Shown piece by piece: positions 29,035 through 38,700 of a stretch of 64,000 nucleotides of DNA; positions within the stretch are counted from its first letter, which is position 1; each line of letters opens with the position of its first letter. The DNA comes from Pseudomonadales bacterium (GTDB lineage: Bacteria > Pseudomonadota > Gammaproteobacteria > Pseudomonadales > CAWVSB01), in NCBI GenBank assembly GCA_046710535.1, contig JBKEHH010000003.1, positions 187,969-251,968 of the forward strand, written 5' to 3'. The position numbers and the translations under genes are program-made. The notes under the pieces were generated by a model that worked only from the letters and a program-made list of their open reading frames with translations, was not told the DNA's origin and did no database searches.

Positions 29035-31944
29035 TTAACTCGACTCATCAAAAAACTGACCCCAGACTTTGCGAACCACGCTGCGCTCTCGCACAAATTC
29101 ATCTGCACTAATTTCATTGGGCTGTTGCTGCAGTGATAAGCGGTGAGCAATAGAACGATAGGCTTTGTAAGCATCCATCAAACCTTGCACTGATTCACTG
29201 TCAAGAAGCTGACATTGCTCCATCATTTCCAGTATTCGGATGTTGTCTGAATACATGGTGAGAGAAGGATATTCATGCGCCCAAGCCAAGACCATGTATT
29301 GAACCATAAACTCAATATCAACGATACCTCCAGAGCCCTGCTTAAGGTGGAAAATTGGTGATTTTGGACCTTGTGCTGCAGCGAGCAACAAATTATCTGC
29401 CATTTTTTGTCGCATCAATTTAACATCATCACGCAGCTGCTGCCGATTGCGTTCAAACGCTAATAACTGGTCTCGCTCTAGCGCAAATTTCTCGGCTAAA
29501 TTTTCATCGCCAGCGACGGCTCTAGCTCTCACCAACGCTTGATGCTCCCAAGTCCATGCGTCTTTATGTTGGTACTGAATAAATGCAGCCAGACTAGTCA
29601 CCAATAATCCTGAGTTGCCTGACGGTCGCAGCCTCATATCGACTTCATATAATTCGCCTGAAACCGTCGCGGTTGCAAGCACATGGATAATGCGCTGCCC
29701 TAGGCGGTTGAAAAACATCTGCCCCGCTATTGGCTTAGCGCCGTCGGTTGCCTCGCTGGGGTTACCATTGTGAATAAACACCAAATCAAGATCAGAACCA
29801 TAACCCAACTCAATACCACCGAGTTTGCCGTAACCAACCACCAAAAAATCTTTATCGCATACCTCACCGTCAACATTAATAGGCCTACCATGTTTTGCGA
29901 CTAGGTTTTGCCAACAGAGCTCTACTACATGCTCTAATATTGCCTCAGCAAGAAGCGTCAAATAGTCGCTTACTTTCATCAACGGCATACGGCCAGTCAC
30001 TTCAGACGCGGCAATTCGCAACACATGGGCAGCGCGAAAGTATCGCAGCGCTTCCATATGTCCTTCTAAGTCGCCCCATTCAAGCCTCAGCACCTGTTGG
30101 CGTAAATCTTGCTGTAGCGTTTTACGCTCTGGCACCGCATATAAAGTATCGGTATTGACTAATTCATCTAACAGTACTGGCTGCTTGGTTAGCTGACTGG
30201 CGATCCAAGGGCTAGCTTCGAACAATATTAGCAGCTGCTCACGCGCGGCCACGTTTTCTAGTAGTAACACTAAATAAGCAGTGCGTCGCTGCACCGATTC
30301 CACCAGTGGAAGTACTCGAGACAACAACACAGATGGTTGTTGTTTTTTACTAATTTCAGCGAGAATAATAGGCATAAAAAGATCTAATCGCTGCCGGCCT
30401 TCACGCTGTAAAGAAATGATTTTTTTACTTTCGCGAAAACCTACTAATTGCCGGTAGCTCTCTGCTGAATCTTCAAAATCATTGTCAGCCAATATTTTCT
30501 CGCCCAACTCAAGCCCGCTCTCACCCGACCATAGTTCTTGCCAGACCGACACATCAGGTAGATCGTTCGCTTCTTCGACGGGGGTAATCACATCAGCAAA
30601 ATGAGTACTTACATTACCCCGATGCACTGATAGATCGGCATAAAAATACTGCCAATCGGCAAACCCCATAATCATCGCTATGCGCAGGCGGTCCAACTCA
30701 TTGGCGGGCAATACTTGTGTTTGTTTATCATCCAAGCCTTGAATAGCATGCTCTACGTTGCGCAAAAACACATAAGCCACTGACAACTCCGATACCACTT
30801 TTATCGGCAGGCATTCTTGCTCAACCAATTGCTGCAATACGTCAAGCAAGCGTCGCTCTTGCAATTGCGGCTCTCGCCCGCCACGAATCAACTGAAACGC
30901 TTGCACGATAAATTCAATTTCACGAATACCGCCCGCACCTAACTTCACATCATCGTGGAGTTGCCGTCGATTCACTTCGCGATTGATCATCGTTTTCATT
31001 TCACGTAGTGAATCGAAGGCACTAAAATCAATATAACGCCGATAAACAAAAGGTTTTAATAACATCTGTAGCTGCTCGCCCGCCTTCATGTCGCCAGCTA
31101 TAACCCGCGCTTTAATCATCGCGTAGCGCTCCCACTCGCGACCTTGCTCTATGTAATACTCTTCCATAGCACCAAAGCTGAGAGCCAGAGCCCCACTTTG
31201 CCCATAAGGGCGCAGACGCATATCAACTCTAAACACAAAGCCTTCAGCGGTAATTTCGTCTAAAGTTTTAATTAGGCGCTGACCAAGACGAGTAAAAAAA
31301 TCACTATTGGCAAGTGAACGTCTACCACCTTCAGTCTGGCCGTTTTCTGGAAAGGTAAAAATTAGATCAATATCAGATGAAAGGTTTAGCTCCCAGGCAC
31401 CCAACTTGCCCATCCCAAGCACAACCATTTTTTGTGGCATGCCACTGTCGCGGCCTTTAGGCGTGCCTATGTCTTTACACATGCGCTGGTAGTGCCAATC
31501 TAGCACAACATCGACACACGCTTGCGCCAAATACGATAACTCTGCGACGGTTTCTTGCATCAGTACAAACCGATTTATATCACGCCAAATAATGCGGCAC
31601 ATGGTGCGCTGGCGAAAACGCCGCAAGGCTAAGGACAGTTCCTCTTCACTATTTAGCGTATTTAAAAGTTGCCCCAGCAGCTGGTAATAGTACTGCTGGT
31701 CACGCGCGATAGTTAGCTCATCACCCGCTAGCAGTTGAACGCCTAGACTAGGGTTGTCAGTAAACTGTTGGCTGACAAAGCGACTAGCGGCAAAGGTTTT
31801 TATACATTGCTGGGTTTGAATTGAGTCCAACGCCGGCAACGACAGACCGCCAGCTTCAACCGCTTCCTGCCACTGGCCCAAAGCTTGTGAGACGGGATTT
31901 CGCAGCAGCTTATGCAGATTAGTTAAATCACTGTCCCTAAACAT
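29035..31944 (-). CDS. glnE: Glutamine synthetase adenylyltransferase/adenylyl-removing enzyme
   Basis: Two NTase domains: 'MGKLGAWELNLSSDIDL', 'VDMRLRPYG' and 'YGKLGGIELGYGSDLDL', 'VDMRLRPSG'. Confidence 0.97.
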   Translation of the reverse strand: MFRDSDLTNLHKLLRNPVSQALGQWQEAVEAGGLSLPALDSIQTQQCIKTFAASRFVSQQFTDNPSLGVQLLAGDELTIARDQQYYYQLLGQLLNTLNSEEELSLALRRFRQRTMCRIIWRDINRFVLMQETVAELSYLAQACVDVVLDWHYQRMCKDIGTPKGRDSGMPQKMVVLGMGKLGAWELNLSSDIDLIFTFPENGQTEGGRRSLANSDFFTRLGQRLIKTLDEITAEGFVFRVDMRLRPYGQSGALALSFGAMEEYYIEQGREWERYAMIKARVIAGDMKAGEQLQMLLKPFVYRRYIDFSAFDSLREMKTMINREVNRRQLHDDVKLGAGGIREIEFIVQAFQLIRGGREPQLQERRLLDVLQQLVEQECLPIKVVSELSVAYVFLRNVEHAIQGLDDKQTQVLPANELDRLRIAMIMGFADWQYFYADLSVHRGNVSTHFADVITPVEEANDLPDVSVWQELWSGESGLELGEKILADNDFEDSAESYRQLVGFRESKKIISLQREGRQRLDLFMPIILAEISKKQQPSVLLSRVLPLVESVQRRTAYLVLLLENVAAREQLLILFEASPWIASQLTKQPVLLDELVNTDTLYAVPERKTLQQDLRQQVLRLEWGDLEGHMEALRYFRAAHVLRIAASEVTGRMPLMKVSDYLTLLAEAILEHVVELCWQNLVAKHGRPINVDGEVCDKDFLVVGYGKLGGIELGYGSDLDLVFIHNGNPSEATDGAKPIAGQMFFNRLGQRIIHVLATATVSGELYEVDMRLRPSGNSGLLVTSLAAFIQYQHKDAWTWEHQALVRARAVAGDENLAEKFALERDQLLAFERNRQQLRDDVKLMRQKMADNLLLAAAQGPKSPIFHLKQGSGGIVDIEFMVQYMVLAWAHEYPSLTMYSDNIRILEMMEQCQLLDSESVQGLMDAYKAYRSIAHRLSLQQQPNEISADEFVRERSVVRKVWGQFFDESS

Positions 31945-31964
31945 TCGAACTCCAATGCTTAGCC

Positions 31965-33752
31965 TTAGGACAACTGCAAGGGTGGCGCAACGCGCATAAC
32001 TTCAGCAATAGTAGTGTCACCGGCAATAACTTTATGGGCACCATTTAAGCGCAAAGTTTGCATACCTTCGCTCATGGCACTGTCACGGATTGTTCCGATA
32101 TCTGCGCCTTTGGTAATTTCATCGCCAACTGCCTGGCTAATAGTCATAATTTCATAAATGCCTTCACGCCCTGAATAACCGGTATTACGACATTCCCGGC
32201 AGCCAACTGGAACTGACACTTTGGCCGGCATTGCTAACGGCCACGGGGCTATCAATTCTGCCCATGCATTTGCATCAGTGTCCTCTTCTAGCTTGCAGTG
32301 AGCGCATAATATGCGCACTAAGCGCTGCGCCATCACACCCAATACAGTGGCTTTAATAAGATAAGCAGGAACGCCAAGTTCCATCATCCGAGTTATGGCT
32401 GACGGTGCATCGTTGGTGTGCAAAGTCGATAACACTAAATGGCCGGTTAAGGATGCTTGAATAGCCATCTCTGCAGTTTCTAAGTCGCGAATCTCGCCAA
32501 CCATAATAATATCAGGATCTTGGCGCATTAATGCACGCAGCCCACCAGCAAAGTCTAAGTCTATATTGTGCTGCACCTGCATCTGATTAAAGCTGGCCTC
32601 AACCATTTCAATCGGGTCTTCAATGGTGCAGACATTCACTTCTGAATTGGCAAGTTTTTTAAGCGTGGTATATAAGGTAGTCGTTTTACCTGACCCAGTT
32701 GGACCAGTAACCAGCACAATACCATGCGGGCGCTTGACCATTTTTTCCCAGCGATCACGGTCTTCGTTCATTAACCCTAGCTGGGCAAAACTGCGTACTA
32801 ATACTTCTGGGTCAAAAATACGCATTACTAACTTTTCGCCAAATGCAGTCGGCAGGGTTGAAAGACGCAGCTCTATTTCGCCACCATCCTGACGCTTAGT
32901 CTTTAAACGACCATCTTGCGGCTTACGCTTTTCTGCCAAATCCATACGACCAATAATTTTGATCCGACTAACGACAGCTCGCATTACTTGTATCGGCAAC
33001 TCGTAGACCGAGTGCAACACACCATCAATACGAAAGCGAACAGTGCCGTTTTCGCGTCTAGGCTCCATATGTATGTCACTGGCTCGCTGCTCGAAGGCAT
33101 ATTGCAGCAACCAATCCACTACATTAACTATATGATTGTCATTAGCATCTGGCTCGGCCGACGAGCCCATTTCTAGCATCTGCTCTAGATTGGCAATACC
33201 TAAATTAGCACCAGCATCGGCTTTTTTGGCGCTGATCACAGAGCGCGACATATTATAAAATTCTTCAAGATATCTATCGATATCTATGGGCGACGCTAAT
33301 ACTCTTCGCACCGGCCTACGTGCCACCTGCTCTAAGCCACTTATCCAAGTGGTGATATTGGGTTCTGCGCAGGCAATGACAATCTCTTCAGCACCAACAT
33401 CTACCGCCAAAATACGATGGCGCTGGGCAAAAGCATGAGACATAACACTAGTAACCGCCTCTACATCGACTTTTAGTGGATCTATACGCTGACTTTCTAA
33501 ACCATACTGACCACTGAGCCAATGCAGCAAGGTGTCCATAGAGTGCTTGCTCCCGCCAACTAATGGGTCTTTAGGCTCTTTACTGGCAATAGCCACTAGC
33601 GGATGGGATTTATCACCCGCAGACCTGACTTTTGCAGCGATACTTTTAGCCTCATCGCCGCTAAGTCGTCCATCTTTCACCAAACTGGCAAGCACTGGCG
33701 TTAACTGTAGCAAACCTTCGCCTAAAGCAGTATTAATCGTCTTCATTATCAA
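31965..33752 (-). CDS. GspE/PulE/PilB family secretion ATPase (stand-alone)
   Basis: 'ASDIHMEP', Walker A 'GPTGSGKTTT', 'EDPIE', 'RQDPDIIMVGEIRD', 'STLHTND', two CxxC. Confidence 0.92.
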   Translation of the reverse strand: MIMKTINTALGEGLLQLTPVLASLVKDGRLSGDEAKSIAAKVRSAGDKSHPLVAIASKEPKDPLVGGSKHSMDTLLHWLSGQYGLESQRIDPLKVDVEAVTSVMSHAFAQRHRILAVDVGAEEIVIACAEPNITTWISGLEQVARRPVRRVLASPIDIDRYLEEFYNMSRSVISAKKADAGANLGIANLEQMLEMGSSAEPDANDNHIVNVVDWLLQYAFEQRASDIHMEPRRENGTVRFRIDGVLHSVYELPIQVMRAVVSRIKIIGRMDLAEKRKPQDGRLKTKRQDGGEIELRLSTLPTAFGEKLVMRIFDPEVLVRSFAQLGLMNEDRDRWEKMVKRPHGIVLVTGPTGSGKTTTLYTTLKKLANSEVNVCTIEDPIEMVEASFNQMQVQHNIDLDFAGGLRALMRQDPDIIMVGEIRDLETAEMAIQASLTGHLVLSTLHTNDAPSAITRMMELGVPAYLIKATVLGVMAQRLVRILCAHCKLEEDTDANAWAELIAPWPLAMPAKVSVPVGCRECRNTGYSGREGIYEIMTISQAVGDEITKGADIGTIRDSAMSEGMQTLRLNGAHKVIAGDTTIAEVMRVAPPLQLS

Positions 33753-33826
33753 TCTTCCATACGTATTATTGCTTTGGTTTAGTCTACCTGTTTTAGCTAA
33801 AATACGAAAAATCTTTTACTGGCAAA

Positions 33827-33844
33827 TTGTAATCAAAATGTCAT
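33827..33844 (+). promoter_or_regulatory. Putative Pho box (PhoB site)
   Basis: TTGTAAT-CAAA-ATGTCAT matches the CTGTCAT-N4-CTGTCAT direct repeat, ~105 bp upstream of the DUF47-pit operon. Confidence 0.6.
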
Positions 33845-33949
33845 ACTTCAGAAAATAGAGAGGTAGCTCTAATTGCCCGTAGATACAATAGTACGGCACA
33901 GCTGCTATCTCGCTGCACGACTCAATAATAATAAATTTGGAGAACGACA

Positions 33950-34624
33950 ATGGCCTTGTCTATTACCAGTATGTTCGCGAATTCGCCAATCGGGCCGATT
34001 CAAAAACATATTGAAAAAACTAAGGAATGCGCTGACCTACTGCCTGATTTTTTCGCTGCATCGTTTAAAGATGACTGGAAAACTGCAGCACAAATTCAGC
34101 GCAAAATTGGCAACCTAGAGCAAGAGGCAGATGATCTAAAAAGAGACATCAGGGCCAACTTACCTAAGAGCTTATTTATGCCCGTACCGCGCACAGATTT
34201 ACTGTCGCTGGTTGGCCGCCAAGATAAGATTGCTAATTTTACCAAAGATATTTCCGGCTTAATGCTTGGTCGCAAAATGGTATTTCCCAAGCCACTACAA
34301 AAACTATTAAAAGCCTATGTAAAAGCCTCCAATTCAACCATTGATCAAGCAGTTAAATCTATTCACGAGCTAGACGAATTATTAGAGACCGGCTTTAGTG
34401 GCAGAGAAATTACCGCTGTCGGTAAGTTAATTAAAAAACTCGATGAACTAGAAGATTTGAGTGACGAACTACAGGTCACCATTAGAGCAGAATTATTCGC
34501 CCTTGAAGCAGACCTGCCGCCAGTTGATGTGATGTTTATGTACAACATTATCGACTGGATTGGAGAGCTAGCTGACTGCGCACAGCGTGTGGGCAGCAGA
34601 TTACAAATTCTTTTAGCCCGCTGA
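33950..34624 (+). CDS. TIGR00153/DUF47 phosphate transport regulator
   Basis: 'LEQEADDLK', 'LPKSLFMPVPRTDLL', 'QDKIAN', 'LPPVDVMFMY'; adjacent to pit. Confidence 0.92.
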   Translation: MALSITSMFANSPIGPIQKHIEKTKECADLLPDFFAASFKDDWKTAAQIQRKIGNLEQEADDLKRDIRANLPKSLFMPVPRTDLLSLVGRQDKIANFTKDISGLMLGRKMVFPKPLQKLLKAYVKASNSTIDQAVKSIHELDELLETGFSGREITAVGKLIKKLDELEDLSDELQVTIRAELFALEADLPPVDVMFMYNIIDWIGELADCAQRVGSRLQILLAR

Positions 34625-34655
34625 TCCCTGCTAATAATAATAACGAGATAAGATA

Positions 34656-35930
34656 ATGGAAATCATTTCACAATACGGCACTGTATTTCTAGTTATGGCC
34701 TGTTTATTTGGCTTTTTTATGGCTTGGGGCGTAGGTGCAAACGATGTTGCTAATGCCATGGGCACCTCGGTAGGTTCTGGTGCATTAACCATTAAACAAG
34801 CAATTTTCATTGCCATGATTTTTGAATTTGCCGGCGCATATTTAGCTGGTGGCGAAGTTACCGCAACCATTCGTAAAGGCGTTATTGACCCTGTCTTATT
34901 AACCGACACTCCGCATTATTTAGTCTACGGCATGATGGCGGCATTATTAGCCGCAGGTACTTGGTTGTTAGTTGCTAGCGTAATGGGCTGGCCGGTATCA
35001 ACAACGCATTCTATTGTTGGTGCTATTGTTGGCTTTGCTGCAGTAGGGATCTCTACCGACGCAGTTAACTGGGGCAAGGTTGGCAATATCGTAGCCAGCT
35101 GGGTGGTCTCTCCAGTACTAGCCGGCGCTATGTCCTTTGGACTATTCAAAAGCGTCCAAGTGCTGATCCTAAACACCGACAAACCGTTTGAAAACGCCAA
35201 ACGTTACATCCCGTTCTATATGTTTTTAGTCGGCTTCATGATCATAATGGTGACCATACTTAAAGGTCTTAAACACGTTTTTAAAGACTATGGTTTTAGC
35301 TTAAGCTTTGCTGAAAGTGCTGGCATCGCCGCCATTGGCGGAATTATTGTGGCGATACTTGGCGCAATGCTATTACGTAGAATTAAACGTGATATAAGCC
35401 TAGAAGCTAGCAATCGTTTCGTTAACGTTGAAAAAGTTTTTGCAGTGTTAATGATCTTTACTGCCTGCGCCATGGCATTTGCCCATGGCTCTAATGATGT
35501 TGCGAATGCTGTTGGCCCAATCGCAGCGATTGTTGGAGTACTTCAAAACGGCTCTATTATGGCTAACAGCACAATGCCAAGCTGGATATTACTATTAGGT
35601 GGTGCCGGTATTGTTGCTGGCTTGGCAACTTATGGCTTTAAGGTAATGGCAACTATCGGTAAAAAGATTACCGAGCTGACTCCAAGCCGCGGTTTTGCTG
35701 CTGAGCTTGGCGCTGCCACTACTGTAGTACTAGCCTCGGCCACCGGCTTACCTATTTCAACAACCCACACCTTAGTTGGCGCGGTGCTTGGTGTTGGTAT
35801 CGCCCGCGGTATTGGTGCACTGAACTTGCGTGTTGTTGGCACTATATTCTTATCATGGATTGTGACTTTACCCGCCGGCGCCGGCTTGGCTATTTTATTC
35901 TTCTTCTTGTTTAAAGGCATTTTCGGCTAA
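34656..35930 (+). CDS. pit: Inorganic phosphate transporter (PiT family)
   Basis: 'GANDVANAMGTSVGS', 'PVSTTHSIVG', 'HGSNDVANA', 'PISTTH'. Confidence 0.95.
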   Translation: MEIISQYGTVFLVMACLFGFFMAWGVGANDVANAMGTSVGSGALTIKQAIFIAMIFEFAGAYLAGGEVTATIRKGVIDPVLLTDTPHYLVYGMMAALLAAGTWLLVASVMGWPVSTTHSIVGAIVGFAAVGISTDAVNWGKVGNIVASWVVSPVLAGAMSFGLFKSVQVLILNTDKPFENAKRYIPFYMFLVGFMIIMVTILKGLKHVFKDYGFSLSFAESAGIAAIGGIIVAILGAMLLRRIKRDISLEASNRFVNVEKVFAVLMIFTACAMAFAHGSNDVANAVGPIAAIVGVLQNGSIMANSTMPSWILLLGGAGIVAGLATYGFKVMATIGKKITELTPSRGFAAELGAATTVVLASATGLPISTTHTLVGAVLGVGIARGIGALNLRVVGTIFLSWIVTLPAGAGLAILFFFLFKGIFG

Positions 35931-35997
35931 GCACTTAGGCAAAAAGATATTTACACAAGCATTAGCAAATAACGCAGTGGGCTGACAGAATAGGAAG

Positions 35998-37152
35998 ATG
36001 ATTATTAAGCCCGATTTTAAAACCATGCTGCGCGAGCTTATTGCTGCTCCATCAGTCAGCTCAACCTCTGCTCGACATGACCAGAGTAATATGCCGGTGA
36101 TCAATTTATTAGCTAATTGGCTAGAACCTTTAGGATTTAAAATTGAGATTCAGCCGCTGCCAGGCAAACCTCATAAAGCTAATCTTATTGCCACCTTAGG
36201 CGAAGGCTCTGGCGGATTAGTCTTTGCGGGCCATACTGATACCGTGCCATTCGATGAGACTGGCTGGTACAGTTCACCGCTGAGTTTACTAGAGCGCGAC
36301 AATCGGTTTTATGGTTTAGGCACTTGCGATATGAAAGGCTTCTTTGCGATAGTCGTTGAAGCTTTAACCCCCTATTTAGATAAACCTTTGGACCAGCCGA
36401 TTATTATTTTGGCAACTGCCGACGAGGAAAGCTCAATGGCTGGCGCGCAAGCATTGGCGGCGGCTGGCAAGCCCAAGGCACGCTATGCCATTATTGGCGA
36501 GCCAACTGGAATGGTGCCGGTATACAAACACAAAAGCATTATGATGCAGTCAATTAGCATCGAGGGCAAAGCTGGCCATTCGTCTAATCCACTGTTGGGC
36601 ATTAACGCATTGGACATTATGCATGAAGTTATCGGTTCACTAATGAATTACCGTAGCCAACTACAACAAGAATTTACCGATCCTGCATTTAAAGTCGCCT
36701 ACCCAACGATAAATCTTGGCTGCATTCATGGTGGCGACAATCCAAATCGGATTTGCTCACACTGTGAACTGCACTTTGATACACGTCTATTACCCGGCAT
36801 GGATAACGATGGGGTAAGTAATAACATTAACGAAATCGTGCAATCAATTGCCGGTAAACGTGGCGTTAATATGAAGCTCACACCATTAATAGATGGCGTG
36901 GAAGCTTTTGCCCAGTCACTAGATAGCCCTTTGGTAGCCGCTGCTCAGAAATTTACTGGCAACGAGGCTGCAAGTGTTGCCTTTGCCACCGAAGCGCCGT
37001 TCTTACAGAACCTTGGCATGGAAACATTAGTATTAGGCCCAGGTGATATCGATCAGGCTCACCAAACTAATGAATTTATCGATATTGCCCGTATTGCACC
37101 AATGGAAAAAGTAATTCAGCAGCTTATTGAGCGCTTTTGTTTTGGATCTTAG
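35998..37152 (+). CDS. argE: Acetylornithine deacetylase
   Basis: 'GHTDTVP', 'GTCDMKGF', 'ADEES', 'GEPT', 'GPGDIDQAHQ'; precedes argA. Confidence 0.94.
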   Translation: MIIKPDFKTMLRELIAAPSVSSTSARHDQSNMPVINLLANWLEPLGFKIEIQPLPGKPHKANLIATLGEGSGGLVFAGHTDTVPFDETGWYSSPLSLLERDNRFYGLGTCDMKGFFAIVVEALTPYLDKPLDQPIIILATADEESSMAGAQALAAAGKPKARYAIIGEPTGMVPVYKHKSIMMQSISIEGKAGHSSNPLLGINALDIMHEVIGSLMNYRSQLQQEFTDPAFKVAYPTINLGCIHGGDNPNRICSHCELHFDTRLLPGMDNDGVSNNINEIVQSIAGKRGVNMKLTPLIDGVEAFAQSLDSPLVAAAQKFTGNEAASVAFATEAPFLQNLGMETLVLGPGDIDQAHQTNEFIDIARIAPMEKVIQQLIERFCFGS

Positions 37153-37201
37153 TCAGGCTACACTTAGCATCTAAATTTTATACTTAACGACGTTGAACAT
37201 C

Positions 37202-38515
37202 ATGAATCCAGAAGACAACAAAGCCTATATTGAATGGTTTCGTCATTCTTCCCCTTATATTAATGCGCATAGGGGAAAGACGTTCGTATTGCTGCTTGAA
37301 GGTGAAGCAATTGAACATGAAAACTTTTCCAATATCATTCAAGATATCGCCTTATTAAACAGTCTTGGTGTAAAACTAGTGTTAGTGCATGGCGCCAGGC
37401 CGCAAATAGAAAGCAGACTGCAACGCGCTGCTATAAAAACCAGTTTCCACAAACAGATACGAATTACCTGTAGCGAAGCTTTAGTTAGTGTATGCGAAGC
37501 ATCAGGCTATCTTCGTGGCCATATCGAAGCATTGCTTTCGATGGGACTGCCGAATTCACCCATGCATTTATCACATCTAAAAGTATGCAGCGCTAATGTT
37601 GTTGTTGCCAAACCCAAAGGTATACATGACGGCGTAGACTTTCTGCACACTGGTGAAGTTAGAAAGATAGATTCTCAATGTATTATAGAACTCCTTAATC
37701 TTAATGCAGTAGTGTTAATTTCGCCTCTGGGTTATTCACCTACTGGGGAAATTTTTAACCTCCAAGCAAGTGATGTCGCGACGGAGGTAGCAACACAATT
37801 ACAGGCCGATAAACTAATCTGCTTCTGTGAACAAACTGGCTTGTTAGATGAGCAAGGTGAGCTACTGCGCGAGCTAAAACTAAGCGAGGCCAGTTTCCTC
37901 TGCGAAAGTAACAAACTAGGCGAGCAAAAAGCGGGCATTGAGGCAGTTATTAAAGCCTGCGAAAGTGGCGTCGAACGGGGCCAGATTATTAGCTATAAGG
38001 AAAACGGTGCGCTAATAAAAGAGCTGTTCACTCGTGATGGTTGCGGCAGCCTTATTTATCACGACAGTTATGACAGCATTAGAACTGCCACTATCGATGA
38101 TATTGGCGGCGTACTTGAATTAATTGACCCATTCGAACAGCAAGGTATTTTAGTTCGACGCTCTAGAGAGTTACTGGAAAACGAAATAGCCAAATTTACG
38201 GTAATCGAAAGAGACGGAACGATTATTGCTTGTGCGGCGCTGTATCCTTACATGAAAGACGCCCAAGGTGAGGTTGCGTGCATCGTTACCCATCCCGAGT
38301 ATAGAGGGCACGGATTAGGCGAAAGGCTATTAGTTAATATTGAAAAACAAGCTAAAAGCATAGGTCTTGGTAAGTTGTTTGTATTAACTACGCATACAGC
38401 TCACTGGTTTTTGGAACAGGGCTTTACTGAAGTTTTACCTGCGGACTTACCAGAATTACGTCGGCAATTTTACAACTACCAACGTAATTCTAAGGTCTTT
38501 ATCAAGGCGATATAA
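37202..38515 (+). CDS. argA: Amino-acid N-acetyltransferase (N-acetylglutamate synthase)
   Basis: 'WFRHSSPYINAHRGKTFV', 'GYSPTGEIFNL', 'ELFTRDG', C-terminal GNAT 'YNYQRNSKV'. Confidence 0.96.
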   Translation: MNPEDNKAYIEWFRHSSPYINAHRGKTFVLLLEGEAIEHENFSNIIQDIALLNSLGVKLVLVHGARPQIESRLQRAAIKTSFHKQIRITCSEALVSVCEASGYLRGHIEALLSMGLPNSPMHLSHLKVCSANVVVAKPKGIHDGVDFLHTGEVRKIDSQCIIELLNLNAVVLISPLGYSPTGEIFNLQASDVATEVATQLQADKLICFCEQTGLLDEQGELLRELKLSEASFLCESNKLGEQKAGIEAVIKACESGVERGQIISYKENGALIKELFTRDGCGSLIYHDSYDSIRTATIDDIGGVLELIDPFEQQGILVRRSRELLENEIAKFTVIERDGTIIACAALYPYMKDAQGEVACIVTHPEYRGHGLGERLLVNIEKQAKSIGLGKLFVLTTHTAHWFLEQGFTEVLPADLPELRRQFYNYQRNSKVFIKAI

Positions 38516-38654
38516 AGTCTACCTGCGGGCTTGCTGAGCATTAGCCGTGCCTTTGTAAAGCACTCCTAGACTGAAGCCTATGTGAGAGAGTAGCCACGCT
38601 GATAAAAAAGCGACTAGAAGATCTATTATTACTTGATGAGTAATAAGCAGCCAC

Positions 38655-38683
38655 AAAAAAAGGCGGTTAGTGCCGCCTTTTTT
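38655..38683. terminator. Bidirectional rho-independent terminator
   Basis: A7-GGCGG-TTAGTG-CCGCC-T6 between convergent argA and TPR gene. Confidence 0.85.
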
Positions 38684-38700
38684 GTTGTCTAGTTAAGCTG

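Noticed and set aside
38626-38646. TTATTACT-TGATG-AGTAATAA inverted repeat
   Set aside because: AT-rich, lies between convergent genes beside a clear terminator, and no second copy suggests a REP or MITE.
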